Shown: in pieces, positions 1 through 11,685 of the stretch
Numbering within the stretch: position 1 is the stretch's first letter
Layout of the letters: each line of letters begins with the position of its first letter
Source of the DNA: Mobula hypostoma
Taxonomy: Eukaryota
DNA length: 64,000 bases
Reading direction: 5' to 3'
NCBI RefSeq assembly: GCF_963921235.1
Contig: NC_086097.1
Coordinates: 14,508,001-14,572,000 of the forward strand
The notes under the pieces: model-generated
The model's input: only the letters and a program-made list of their open reading frames with translations
Told to the model about the DNA's origin: nothing
Databases searched by the model: none
Program-made: the position numbers and the translations under genes

Positions 1-38
1 TGGTGCTCATCTCATGCTTCCAATGGCTCTTAAGAGTA

Positions 39-255
39 ACACACACAAAATGCTAGAGGAACTCAGCAGGTCAGACCACATCTCTGGAAAGGAAGAAAGA
101 GTCAACGTTTCAAGCTGAAACCTTTCTTCAGGATGACTTTGGCCCAAAATGTCAGCTCCTTCTTCCTTTCCATAGATAATCCCTGACCTGCTGAGTTCTT
201 CCAGCATTTAGTGTGTGTTACTCTGGATTTCCAACATCTGCAGAATCCCTTGTGT
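39..255. mobile_element. Fold-back pair of Penelope-like element 3' termini (non-autonomous, hammerhead-bearing)
   Basis: 39-132 (acacacaaaatgctagaggaactcagcaggtcag...) is the reverse complement of about 140-217 (...ctgacctgctgagttcttccagcatttagtgtgtgt). Both match the 3' end of the element at 9555-9655. The minus strand of 101-132 reads CTGAAGA-aaggtttcagctt-GAAACGTT. Confidence 0.8.
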
Positions 256-529
256 CCAATAGCTCTTACTCATCCACATAACCTGTATCCAATCCACTGC
301 TTTAAGTGTAGCTCCTAATTCCCCCTTTGGGCACCAATGAACAACTTTGCACAGTAAAGTAACAGAGTCCAAAGAGAAAATTCAGCTGAAAGATCGGTGC
401 CTTTGTTAGTCTTGCAACAAATAAAATGAGTGGAACTCCCCAATAACTTTTCCCATTTTCATGCATTTACCTAGTTCTTTCCAGCTTATACATATGGGGC
501 TGGAAATCCTGTTCTCATTGTTGCAAGAG

Positions 530-865
530 TGATATCTCTCTTTCCCTTGCGGGTGAGGGAGAGCTTGTCTGAGATGTTGAAGTGTTGGGATGGACAGTAG
601 TTTTTGATGGACTGTAGATCATGGGTTTTGCTATTGCTTGCATGGTTGGTAGTGGGGGGCTTGAAAGTGGGGGGGGGAGGAAGAGGGTTGATGCTTTTGC
701 CGCTACCTGTGCGTGGGAGGGGGAAGGGAGCTTTAGGGATCTAATGTTTTCTGTCATTCATTCTTTGGGGATCTTTTTCTGTTTCGCGGATATCTGTGTA
801 GAGTAAGAATTTCAGGTTGTATGCTGTATGCATTCTCTGATATAAAATGGAACCATTTGAACCAT
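530..865 (+). repeat. Unclassified interspersed repeat, copy 1
   Basis: Colinear with 57320-57655; shared tail gagtaagaatttcaggttgtat..tgtat.cattctctgata...aaccatttgaacca. Confidence 0.75.
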
Positions 866-1411
866 TTAGTCACTGGTGCTAAACTCACAGATAAGAAAAA
901 AGGTCACACTGCTGTAGCTTACTTGAGGCCAAGTGACGTCCAAATAACCAAGTGGAGAACAATCCAATATATTGCACAAATGACTTAGGATTTGTTTCTA
1001 TGTACTGGCATTTCTTTACAGTTTACCAATGAACAATTTCATAATGTTCACAGGTCTCCCACACCATTCTGTAGTCCCAATAAAGAACTGTTTCTTCCAG
1101 TGATATTAAGCTTAGAGATGGCATCACAGAGCTGGGACCCTGGTATTAAATCTCAGGCTCCCAAGGCTAATCTGTGAACATGTCCACAGTTTTTTTTAAG
1201 TGTTTACAGTTCCATGTACACATGCATGCACAATGACAAACCTAACTTAATCACATAGATATCATGGTCAAGTTAGTTTCAACCTCTGGATCACTAGCTC
1301 AGTCATAAAGCCATCAGACCACAGTATCCCTGATCGTATGCAATCGTATATAAGCATGAAATATATACAAACCATTTGATGTTGCGATGTTTGCCGAGCT
1401 TGGCAGTTAGC

Positions 1412-1455
1412 TTTCAGACATTTCATCACCAGTCAAGGTGACATCCTCAGTGCGC
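1412..1455 (-). ncRNA. Minimal type I hammerhead ribozyme motif (family 2)
   Basis: Minus strand reads gcgca-CTGAGGA-t-gtcacc-ttgact-ggtgat-GAAA-tGTC-tgaaag. Core boxes are intact; the ACGT palindrome has decayed to ATGT and stem I is weakened. Confidence 0.65.
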
Positions 1456-1782
1456 GGTTACTGGTGGTTCTCTCTGGGAGTGCTCGTGTTTCTATAGCAC
1501 CCCCCCCCCCCGTTCAGTTGCCTTAGTCCTGATTGGCTCCCCCTTCAGTTAACCTTTGAATTCTATTGGCTCTTAGGAGTTCGTAGATGGCACCTATTTT
1601 GATATGTTTGTTTACAGAGTTATCAGAAGAGAACTATGCTTCTAAAAACACTTTGAAGAGCCAAAGAAATGTGAGCCAATAGAATTCAAAGGTCAACTGA
1701 AGGGGTAGCCAATCGGGACCGAGGCAACTGAACGGGGTGCTATATAAACACAAGCACTCCCAGAGAGAAACACCAACAACTG

Positions 1783-1824
1783 CTCTCTGGGGATGTCACC
1801 TCGGCTGGTGATGAAACGTCTGCA
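1783..1824 (+). ncRNA. Hammerhead motif with mutated core (CTGGGGA)
   Basis: CTGGGGA-t-gtcacc-tcggct-ggtgat-GAAACGTC-tgca. The conserved A6 of CUGANGA is replaced by G. Confidence 0.55.
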
Positions 1825-2373
1825 AGCTAATTGCCAAGCACAACATCAAACGCCTCAACCCAAGCCACCAATATTCACCACCATCATATACAAACCATGG
1901 TTGTGTTCATTAGTATTGAGAGTCTACATTGCAAAGCCACACACCTCCAACCCAAATTTCACAGACAGAAGCCCCTTAAAGGGGAGCACAAGTCATCAGA
2001 ACACTTTTTCAGAACAGTAATGAAGATATTACATCTAGTTGAACAGAGAAAATCACAAAAATGTCTCTTCAGATGCTTTTGCAATGTACTAGTGGCTGAA
2101 TGCAGTATTAATCAGCCGCTCACTTGTATCAAAGTGCTATGTAAATGGTAACGCATTGCCAGCTCTTGACTGGACAGTGTGAAATGAATAATTAATGCCA
2201 GTTTGTTATTGCCAAGAGTGAAAACATAGAAGTACATGTGCTTCATGTTTACTTACTAAACAAATACCCAGCTTCATTCAGGTGAAACACAGTGACAGCC
2301 TTATTAAGAAACGATTGCATTCCTAGAAAGTGTCCTGTATTGTGATTTTCTATTATGCGGGGCCATGTCTTAA

Positions 2374-2640
2374 GAGTCATAGAAAAGTACAACAGAGAAA
2401 CAAGCCTTTCAGCCCATCTAGTCCATGCTGAGCTATTTAAACTACCTATCCCTATCCACCTGTACTGGGACCACAGCCCTCCATACCCCTACCATCCATA
2501 TACGTATCCAAACTTTGCTTAAAAACTGAAATCGAGCTCGCGGGCACCACCTGTGCTGGCCGCTCATTCCACACTCTCACCACCTTCTAAGTGAAGAAGT
2601 TTCCCCTCATGTTCCCCTCAAATTTTTCACCTTTCACCCG
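2374..2640 (-). mobile_element. CR1/HER1-like LINE 3' end fragment
   Basis: Reverse-oriented CR1-type 3' sequence (cattccacactctcaccacc...tgaagaagtt; gagtcatagaaaagtacaacag). The first 150 bp are closely repeated at 3785-3935. Confidence 0.75.
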
Positions 2641-3004
2641 TCTGCTTGTCTGTCAAGAAACACAAGTTACAAAAAATAAATGTTCTGCTTATTTATGTAC
2701 TTCTCTCAATAAAAATTGTGGAAGAGCGAATTTTATTCTGTACCTCAAAAATTTTGGAATGAGATTTATAAATTTCACGATATTAAACCTGATTCTGATC
2801 CTAAATTCTGTTCCCGTAACCCAAGCAGTCAGAATGCAGGGGTCCTCATGTTCAATAACTGAGAAAAGATGTGGACATTCTGGTCCTGTTTTGCCATTTT
2901 AACAAGCATACCAAAAGGTCAAAGTGCACATGTGTACCAGATGAAAGGACATGACGGTACCCAACAGTGTCTATTACTCAGTTTTTACTTACTAATCAGG
3001 AATG

Positions 3005-3073
3005 CAATTAGCCACATCTGGATTCTCAATTAGCCACATGTGGCTATTGTCTAATGTATTGGACAACGCCGCA
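3005..3073. mobile_element. hAT-Charlie (MER3/MER33-like) terminal remnant
   Basis: tagccacatgtggcta palindrome followed by tattggacaacgccgcag, resembling the MER3-type terminal inverted repeat. Confidence 0.45.
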
Positions 3074-3784
3074 GTAAATCAACTAATGAGCAGCATTTTG
3101 TAGGATCAAGCAAGTGGCTCAAAGGTTAAACCTTTGCCATATGCTCCCTTATTCCAGGGGTCTGTGGATCGCCCTGACGAGGTTGGGCTAATGTGAACAA
3201 AAATACCTGTCAAGTAGGTGGCATCGTTACACAGATCCTTTCACTGTATCTGCGCTAATGAGCAGTGAGAAAGGAAAGCTGCCGTGGACACACACTTAAC
3301 AATCAGTCAAAGGGCAAGGCCAGTATTAGAGTGTGGAACTACACTGGCGACATTTGCAAATGACCTAAATAAAAATCGGCAGTGACAGAGCAGCAATGCA
3401 GATTAAACTGTAAAAAAAAAGGGCACAGCATAGAACATCTTCGGTGTCAGCTTGTTTTAATATTTCTTTTGATCCACTGAGTTGCTTATTAAATCATTAA
3501 TGGCTTTGAATATGACACCACAATTGTGACTTGAATATGGATTAATAAGCATATTATCCAGGAAAGTAGTATGCACTTTACTATAAGCAGTTTAAAAAAA
3601 AGCGTCTGGCTATGTATCGCAGCCTTGTAATTCTACACAGCAGTGCCATAAAGCTTATGAATAAAGGTTATCAGGTTAACATGTTGTCTCCTTCCCTCCC
3701 TCCGCAGCTACTGCCTGACCCGCTAAGCATTTCCAGAGTCCTCTGCTCTCACCGCAGCAATTTCCCGTTTCAGAACCTTCCTCA

Positions 3785-3935
3785 TATACAGTCAGAGAAA
3801 AGTACAGCACAGAAACAGGTCTTTCGGCCCATTAGTCTGTGTTAAACCATTTAAACTGCCTACTCCCATCGTCCATAGCCCTCCATACCCCTACCATCCA
3901 TGTACCTATCCAAACTTTTCTTAAACGTTGAAATC
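3785..3935 (-). mobile_element. CR1/HER1-like LINE 3' end fragment
   Basis: Colinear with 2374-2535 (agaaaagtacagcacagaaacagg...ccctccatacccctaccatccat). Confidence 0.7.
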
Positions 3936-4212
3936 TTTTGAATTACTATTTAATTAATGAAGTGAATTGCAACAAACTTAAATTAGAAAATTAATTTTAA
4001 AAAAAATTACAACAAACTACTAAAGTAACATATTCACAGATGGATCTGTAAGGTGCTATGTAAAACATTTGCCAAAATCAGCACATGGTTTGAATGCAGT
4101 GAAATGCAGCGGTTGGTAATTTCTAAAATTTATGTAGGTAGAATTACTCTACATCCTTTTTCCTATACATTTCCTACATTTGACTTAAGATGTTTCAAAA
4201 GATGTTTCTATC

Positions 4213-4503
4213 TACTTATTGTGTTTAGAGATACAACGCAGAACAGGCCCTTCCAGCTCAATGAACCGCACGGACTAGCCATCCCCTGATTTAACTCCAG
4301 CTTAATCACAGGACAATTTTAATGACCAATTAACCAACCAACTAGAATATCTTTGGACTGTGGAAAGAAACTGGAGCACCTGAAGGAAACCCACACACTC
4401 AAGGGAAGAATATACAAACTTTCTTACAGAGGACATCAGAATTGAACTTCAATGTTCCAAACTGTAATAGCAACGTAGTAATTGCTTTATTACCACGGTG
4501 CTC
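4213..4503 (-). mobile_element. tRNA-derived V-SINE (HE1-like)
   Basis: Reverse complement of the SINE at 12793-13080; V-domain ctttggactgtggaaagaaactggagcacc. Confidence 0.85.
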
Positions 4504-4894
4504 TGTGCATCGATACATCTTTTACCATGACCAGTAAATGTCTATTTTCTCAGCCATGGCAAGCCAAGGAAAGTTTTATAAAGGCTACTTAGCAAGATGT
4601 CATTGATTGTTTAAGCCCCAGAAACCTTCCTGTGAGATTATTGGTATGGACGGTGTCCATCTCGTCTTTGGAGAACACACAAACAGTTCCATGGGATCTT
4701 TTACATCATACGGAGAGCCTAACTCCTCATTTGAAAGACCTGCTGTACATGTTTTAGTGGGTGTTGCTGGGGAAAGAGCTGCAGGTTCAAAGATCAATGT
4801 AATTCATGAAAAGCTCAAGCTTTAGAAATAATCTCGTCTAGTCAGAGGCCGGTTCAACATTTATCAGGTATCAGAGGCTAATCTGAAAGTAGTT

Positions 4895-5165
4895 TATGAG
4901 ATGATCCTGAGGATGGAAGGCTTAACATATGGAGAGTATTTAATGGCTCTGGGCCTTAACTTGCTGGGGCTTAGAAGAATGACGGGAGATCTCATTGAAA
5001 CCTACCGAATATTGAAAGGCCAAGATAGAGCGGACTAGGAAAGGATGTTTTCAGAAGTGGGAGATTCTAGGACCAGAGGGCAGATTTTCAGAGTATGATG
5101 CCCCTTTAGAACAGAGATAAGGAGGGACTTCTTTAGCCAGAGTGTGGTGAATCTGTGGAATTCAT
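4895..5165 (+). mobile_element. CR1-like LINE ORF2 C-terminal fragment
   Basis: Decayed RRMxGDLIETYRILKG coding block (agaagaatgacgggagatctcattgaaacctaccgaatattgaaaggc), homologous to 15590-15840. Confidence 0.85.
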
Positions 5166-5280
5166 GAATGGAGTGGACTGTTGAGATTTTGCCCAACTTC
5201 TAGACTTTTCACACTCAGCTTGGTCTTGGATTTGTTTTTTTTTCTTTGTTTGACCTGCACATTTAAGCTGTAGTCGCTTT

Positions 5281-5875
5281 TCATGAGTTTGAGTTCAATG
5301 TCCATTCAGAAATCAGATGGCGGTGGCAGGGGGAGGGGATGGGGGGGGAGAGGCTGTTCCTGAAGTGTTGAGTGTGTGCCTTCAGATTCCTGTACCACCT
5401 CCCTGATGGTAGCAATGAGAAGAGGGCATATCCGAGGTGATGGAGGTCCTTAATGATGGATGCGCCTTTTTGAGGCATTGCCTGTTGAAAATGCCCTCAA
5501 TGCTGGGGAGGCTAGTGCCCTTGATGGAGCTGGCTGAGTTTACAACTTTCTGCAGCTTTTCATAATCCTGTGCAGTGGCCCCTCTGTACCAGACGGTGAT
5601 GCAACCAGTTCCAATGCTCTCTATGGTACACCTGAAGAAATTGTGATTGTCTTTGGTGACATATCAAATATCCTCAAACTCCCAGTGAAATATAACCGCT
5701 GCTGTGCCTTCTTTGTAATTGCATCAATACATTGGTCCCTGGATAGATCCTCAGAGATGCTGACACCCAGGAACTTGAGACTAATCACTCTTTCCACTTC
5801 CGATCCCTCGATGAGGACTGGTGTGTGTTCCCTCAACTTCCCCTTCCTGAAGTCCACAATCAATTTCTTTGTCAT
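5281..5875 (-). mobile_element. Rex1/Babar-like LINE, RT C-terminal region and 3' end (pseudogenic)
   Basis: ORF 5621..5944(-) contains TKKLIVDFRK...VERV.SLKFLGVSISEDL...KKAQQRLYF, typical of this clade. ORF 5281..5478(-) continues with ALFSLLPSGRWYRNLKAHT.HFRNS. Confidence 0.85.
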
Positions 5876-6244
5876 GTTGCACCCTTCTAGAGACAAGATT
5901 GAGTTGTCCAACTTGGGGAACCTTAATTTCTTAGTCTGTATCAATTGTCCATCAGTGACATTATCCTGCTTTTGTTCTTTTTAATTTCTTTGGAAGCGAA
6001 GGATGTACCCAACCTATCCTGACTTCCTGCTCTACTGTGACTCCAAAAATAATCTGCTGTGCTTTACTGTCACTGGTACAAAAATCCCAGGCCCCTCTGA
6101 CTTGCAGATCTACCTTCACTAGGAGGTCTCCAATGGTTCAAAAAGCTGGCTGACTCTCACTTCAATACGGCTGCCTGATAAAGCTCATCTTGTCAGTGAT
6201 GCTCACTTCCCATGAAGGAGAATAAATGTGACTTCAAGAACAAG

Positions 6245-6450
6245 AGTTTCCTCCAGGTGCTCTGGTTTCCTCCCACATTCCAAAGAAGTACATTTAAGGT
6301 TAGTGTGTTGTGAGCATGCTATGTTGGCACCAGGAACGTGCAAGACACTTGTGGGCTACCCAGCACAATCCTCACTGATTTGATTTTACACAAACAATAC
6401 ACTTCACTGCATGTTTCCACGTATATGCAAAAAATAAAGTTAAATTTTAA
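6245..6450 (+). mobile_element. 5'-truncated V-SINE with an alternative tail
   Basis: V-domain tttcctccaggtgctctggtttcctcccacattccaaaga, followed by a tail unlike the main family. Confidence 0.7.
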
Positions 6451-7324
6451 ATCTTTATTTTTAACACAATGCAAACCTTGTCTCAGAGAAAAAAATATAT
6501 AATCTCATTTATATTGCTATCGCTCAGTAATATCTAATTCTCAGGAACAAAAAAATGAAGCAAAGAGGATAGGAATGATCATATACATATATTTGCAACG
6601 AGAATTTAATTTTATTCCAAACATATAAATACTCTCTCTTTGCATTTCGCTGGCAAACGCTCTCAAATAAATAGAGAAAATTGCACTGCAAAAATGTTTT
6701 CGTGTTAGAGTGAATCATTGGCTATAATTAGTGTGACCAGTCTAATAAAACCATTACAAGATGGAGGTCAACTAGCTCTTAGAACTGTTAATTTTAATTT
6801 AAATGTATTCATCATTCGCTCTTAATGGCCTCATTCTGCGAACAGCGCTTTAATAAATATTGCTGAATTACAGGTTAAATAGTTAAATTAAATTATTGCA
6901 ATTACAACACAGTGCAATTGAATATAGTTTACCTTTCTGTATTTAAGGGGGAAGGGAAGTAGGGAATTTAAAATCGACAGATTTCAGATTAGTTTGACGT
7001 GATCAGTACTATTGCACCAGCTGTGACTTTATGTTCTTAGGAAATCTGAAAATAGATATTGCGCAGCCAACACAGACTGTAGTGAATGCTTGGGTTGCAC
7101 AATAACATCCAAAAATGCACGATAATGCACTGGTATACACTTAGTGGCACCACACAAATTATCCTCTTTAATTACAAAGCACCTCCCTACTTATGTATCT
7201 CTGGAGAATGAAGAAAACTGAACACAGTTGAATTACTTAAAATTCTCCCTCTTCAGTCACCTGACATCTGAGGATGGTATACCATTGAATCCTGGGATGC
7301 TGACAGGGCTTTGAGGATGGAGGA

Positions 7325-7760
7325 GATCACTGCACACGACTGGAAAAAGCTGAAGAAGGTTGAAAGCCAGCTCCATCATGGACACCAACCTCCCAACAAC
7401 GAGGACGCCTTGAAAAGGCAGTGCCTCAAAAAGGCGGCATCTGTTACTAAGGACTCCCATCATTCAGGCATGCCCTCTTCTCATTGCTACCGTCAAAGAG
7501 GAGGTAACACCACACACCTCAGCATTTTAGAACAGCTTCTTCCTCTCTGCCATCAGATTTCTGAATGGACAATGAACTCATTTACACTACCTCACTAATA
7601 TCCCTCTCTTGTTGCACTACTTAATTTATTTATATATATGTATGTATGTGTGTGTTTAAATTTACATGAATTTCTTACTGCAATTTATAGTGTCTTTATT
7701 ACGTATTGTCGCAAGAAAATAAATTTCATGACATATGCCAGAGATTTAAATCCGATTCAG
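7325..7760 (+). mobile_element. Rex1/Babar-like LINE 3' fragment
   Basis: Homologous to the reverse complement of 5300-5580 (CLKKAAS..KD.HH; gaacagcttcttcctctctgccatcagatttctgaatggac), ending in an aaatttcatgacatatgcca...gattc tail. Confidence 0.8.
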
Positions 7761-8635
7761 CTTTCCCTCATGGAGGAATCTGAAGTCGGGAGGCTGTGGT
7801 TTCAGAACAAAAGGTCATTCACTTAAGGCAAAACAGGAGGAATTTCTTCTCTTGCAATTCTCTGATGGCGATGGAGGCTGACACATTGAATATCTTCCAG
7901 GATGATGTAGACAGATTCTAGTCCACGGGGGAGTTGAAAGTTATAGGAGACAGCCAGAAAAATGGGGTTGTGTCCAAGATCAGATTAGCTATGAACTTAT
8001 TGAAAGGACTTGTTGGGAGCCATATGACTTCTTTTTGCAGCTATTTCTTATGTGGAATTACTTTATATTTATTGCACACAAGCTGGCCATTCCATCCATT
8101 TGGTCTAAGTCAGTACTACTGCACCACGTAACCACATCTTCCACGTCAGCAAATCTTGCAATGAGAACAGTTACTGATCCAAACAAATTTGCTCTGTTTT
8201 CCCTCTTATCATGAGTGCCGTGCCTGGTTAACAGTGATAGAGAGAGCAACAAGCGAGAGTTCTTTTGGGATGGATATTCACTCTTCAGAGACCAGAGGGC
8301 CTTTTTTGCCAAGCTCAGCTTTCTAACACAGCATTTGACTCTTGCAGGGGTCAAACAGCTGTTTCTGAGTAAATTAAACTTCCAACTAATTTTCCTTGTT
8401 CAGCCTCTTGTCATAAGCAAATGCACAATAGGGTCCTCATTGGCCCATTGTTTAATCAAGTGAAAACAATGGGGTCCACTTTGGCTTAATTAAACAATAC
8501 ATTCACCCAGACTGGCGAATGTAACTGAGAAATATCACATGTATGTGAAGTCACCAAGTAGCAAAATAGCAGTCGGGCTTGTTAGGAATGGTCAGGGAAT
8601 GACAAGACGAATGACAGAAAAACAGGATGATGACT

Positions 8636-9257
8636 AGGAATAGGGTTCCCCTGGTCCTCACCTACCACCCCACCAGCCTCCGGGTCCAACATATTATTCT
8701 CCGTAACTTCCGCCACCTCCATCGGGATCCCACCACTAAGCACATCTTTCCCTCCCCCCCCCCGCATTCCGCAGGGATCGCTCCCTACACAACTCCCTTG
8801 TCCATTCGTCCCCCCCATCCCTCCCCACTGATCTCCCTCCTGGCACTTATCCGTGTAAGCGGAACAAGTGCCACACATGCCCTTACACTTCCTCCCTTAC
8901 CACCATTCAGGGCCCCAAACAATCCTTCCAGGTGAGGCATCACTTCACCTGTGAGTCGACTGGGGTGATATACTGCGTCCGGTGCTCCCGATGTGGCCTT
9001 TTATATATTGGTGAGACCCGACGCAGACTGGGAGACCGTTTTGCTGAACATCTATGCTCTGTCCACCAGAGAAAGCAGGATCTCCCAGTGGCCACACATT
9101 TTAATTCCACATCCCATTCCCATTCTGACATGTCTATCCACGGCCTCCTCTACTGTAAAGATGAAGCCACACTCAGGTTGGAGGAACAACACCTTATATT
9201 CCGTCTGGGTAGCCTCCAACCTGATGGCATGAACATCGACTTCTCTAACTTCCGCTA
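8636..9257 (+). pseudogene. Penelope-like ORF C-terminus: Cys-rich linker and GIY-YIG endonuclease, one frameshift
   Basis: RNRVPLVLTYHP...KHIFPSPP, then a frameshift in the C-run at about 8750-8763, then AFRRDRSLHNSLVHS...PGTYPCKRNKCHTC...FTCESTGVIYCVRCSRCGLLYIGETRRRLGDRFAEH...VATHFN...RLEEQHLIFRLGSLQPDGMN. The RT core is missing. Confidence 0.92.
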
Positions 9258-9554
9258 TGGCCCCACCTCCCCCTCGTACCCCATCTGTTACTCATTTTTA
9301 TGCACACATTCTTTCTCTCACTCTCCTTTTTCTCCCTCTGTCCCTCTGAATATACCTCTTGCCCATCCTCTGGGTCACCCCCCCGCCCTTGTCTTTCTTC
9401 CCGGACCTCGTGTCCCATGATCCTCTCGTATCCCCTTTTGCCTATCACCTGTCCAGCTCTCGGCTCTATCCCTCCCCCTCCTGTCTTCTCCTATCATTTT
9501 GCATCTCCCCCTCCCCCTCCAACTTTCAAATCCCTTGCTCACTCTTCCTTCGGT

Positions 9555-9592
9555 TAGTCCTGACGAAGGGTCTCGGCCTGAAACGTCGATTG
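9555..9592 (+). ncRNA. Minimal type I hammerhead ribozyme (family 1), core intact
   Basis: Stem I tagtc/gattg; CTGACGA at 9560-9566; stem II agg-gtctcgg-cct; GAAA at 9580-9583; palindromic ACGT in place of stem III. Predicted cleavage after GUC (C9587). Confidence 0.85.
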
Positions 9593-10011
9593 CACCTCTT
9601 CCTATAGATGCTGCTTGGCCTGCTGCGTTCACCAACAACTTTGATGTATGTTGCTTGATGACAATCCAGTCCTTGCCTTTGACTTCTGCAATGGACGACT
9701 TGTTTGACTGCAACTTGCCTGCTTAGCTTATAGGAATTGTACCTGTGGTTTTGAAAATCCTTTGTGCTTTAGAAATTGTTTTCAATTTGGAAAACTTCTA
9801 TAAAAGATAGAAATCCTCTGTGAGTTTTAAATGTGGTTTAAGAATTTTATCTAAATTAAACATATATCACTAAAAATAAATGAACTGTGTTTAAACTACT
9901 TTGGCAGCTGGAAGTATCTTCTCCTTCGTGGGGGGGACGGGGGCAGAAGAAGTGGTTGAGGAAGCTATATTAACAACATTTAAAAGGTACATGAACAAGA
10001 AAGCTTTAGAG

Positions 10012-10092
10012 CAGGGATTCCCAGCCTTCATTATGCCATGGATCCATACCAGTAACTGCGGGGGTCCGTGGATTCCAGGTTGAGAACTCCTG
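10012..10092. mobile_element. hAT-type MITE (about 80 bp) inside a CR1 3' fragment (about 9940-10200)
   Basis: TIRs cagggattcccagcc / ggttgagaactcctg; 8-bp TSD ctttagag (10004-10011) / cttcagag (10093-10100). Confidence 0.8.
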
Positions 10093-10929
10093 CTTCAGAG
10101 GAATATGGGCCATAGCAGGTTAGTTTATATGGGGATGATATGCTCAGCAGGAGGCAGTTGGGCCAAAGAGCCCAGTTCCATGCAGTGCAACTCTATGACT
10201 CCAGTTCCATGCAGTATAACTCCACCACTCCACTTGGTGCAAGTTAGGATAAGAGGCAACAGGGATCTGATCAGAGGGCGGAAGACAAGACCCAGCAGGA
10301 TTTTCTTAGTACTGTTAAGTGTGGAGGTACCAAATCCAGCATGGATGAATGAATAACACAGCAAACATGAATACATTTTGTACTTGAATGACAATTGTTA
10401 TTAGACAAGACTTAAACAAAGCATACTGTCAAAGTCTCAGCTATTAAAAATATGCTAAAAATACAATGCTGCAGTGAGAAAAATAAAACTTTTCCATGTT
10501 GTTGCACCAAACTTTCCAGAGTGGCTAATCGCAGCAGCTTAGTGAACTGTCAAAGCTGCTCTGACCCAGGAATTGCTCCTCCGCGAGAGTCACACACCAC
10601 CTCTTTCTAAATTGTTTCATTGTTCCAAGAATATGCCCCGCTTTTGTTTTTATTTAGAGATATAGCGCGGTAACAGGTCCTTCTAGCCAAACGAGCCCAT
10701 GCCACACAATTACACCCATGTGACCAATTAACCCCCTAACCCGAGATCAGTATCAACATTTGTCTGACTGTACGCCCGGAACATTACAGGAACCATTGTT
10801 GTGGTTGTTGTCAAGGTTTGGCTTAAGCTTCTTCAGTTCAGAGATCTGAACTGGATGCAACGATAAGTGTGGTCTAGAGGCAATGATTCTGGTGGTCAAT
10901 GATCTTTATTTAGTACCCAAGTTCCAACT

Positions 10930-11292
10930 GTGGTGGTGCACTGGAGAAGTGTCTCTACCAAAGGAAGAGCGAGGCACTCTCTCCCTCGCTAGCCCGTAGG
11001 TCACCCTTGGGCAAGGTGTTGCACCCGCTTAGCCCCCGCTCAGGGTCACATAAAGCCATGGGTGGATGGTCGTATGAGCAGATGGAGCACATCACAAGTC
11101 CTGGTTACACGACCACTGCAGGCAGACAATCACGGAAGAGTACTCATAATGGCTGGGGTCACCCACCTCGTAAAGACACTGCCCAGAAGAAAATCATGAC
11201 AAAACCACTCCTGTAGAAAAATCTGCCAAGAACAATCATGGTCACGGAAGGACCATGACAGCCCACATCATACGACACGGCACATAATGATG
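10930..11292 (+). mobile_element. RTE-derived non-autonomous element
   Basis: RTE/BovB-like 3' motif aaaccactcctgtagaaaaatctgccaagaacaatcatgg, ending in acgacacggcacataatgatga. Confidence 0.55.
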
Positions 11293-11309
11293 AAATTCAC
11301 AATCTCACA

Positions 11310-11685
11310 CTCTCTTGAGGGGTGACCTGATAGAGATACATAAGATCATGAGGGGCATTCAAAGTGTGAAATCACGAAGCACATGTAACGAAAACACATA
11401 TATTTTCCCAGGGAGGTTAATAACCTATCCCAAGAGGAGATAGGTTTAAGATCAGAGGTGAGAGATTTAAAAAGATACATCAGAGGCAGCTTCGTCACGC
11501 AAAGGTACTTGGAATGAGACGCCAGAAATAATGGTTGAGGTGTCACTTCAGCAACATTTAAGAAGGGTCTAAATAAGTACTTGGACAGGAAAAGTTACTT
11601 TGAACAAAATGTGTAGATGGGACGAGCTCACTGGAGCAGCACCATCAGCATGGACCAGATGGGCCAAATGGCCTGTTTCCATGAC
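11310..11685 (+). mobile_element. CR1-like LINE 3' fragment
   Basis: ttgaggggtgacctgatagagatacataagatcatgaggggc (LRGDLIE.HKIMRG) through the gggccaaatggcctgtttcc 3' hairpin motif. Confidence 0.85.

Larger units (their letters stand above)
1376..1885. mobile_element. Palindromic Penelope-like non-autonomous element with two opposed hammerhead motifs, copy A
   Basis: Inverted arms of about 190 bp (1376-1572 and 1674-1849). Perfect 13-bp direct repeat atatacaaaccat at 1363-1375 and 1886-1898. A second copy lies at 14385-14739. Confidence 0.85.
8635..9655 (+). mobile_element. 5'-truncated Penelope-like retroelement (Neptune-type)
   Basis: RT-EN linker, GIY-YIG domain, pyrimidine-rich 3' region and hammerhead-bearing terminus. 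Candidate 7-bp TSD tgatgac at 8628-8634 and 9656-9662. Confidence 0.92.
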
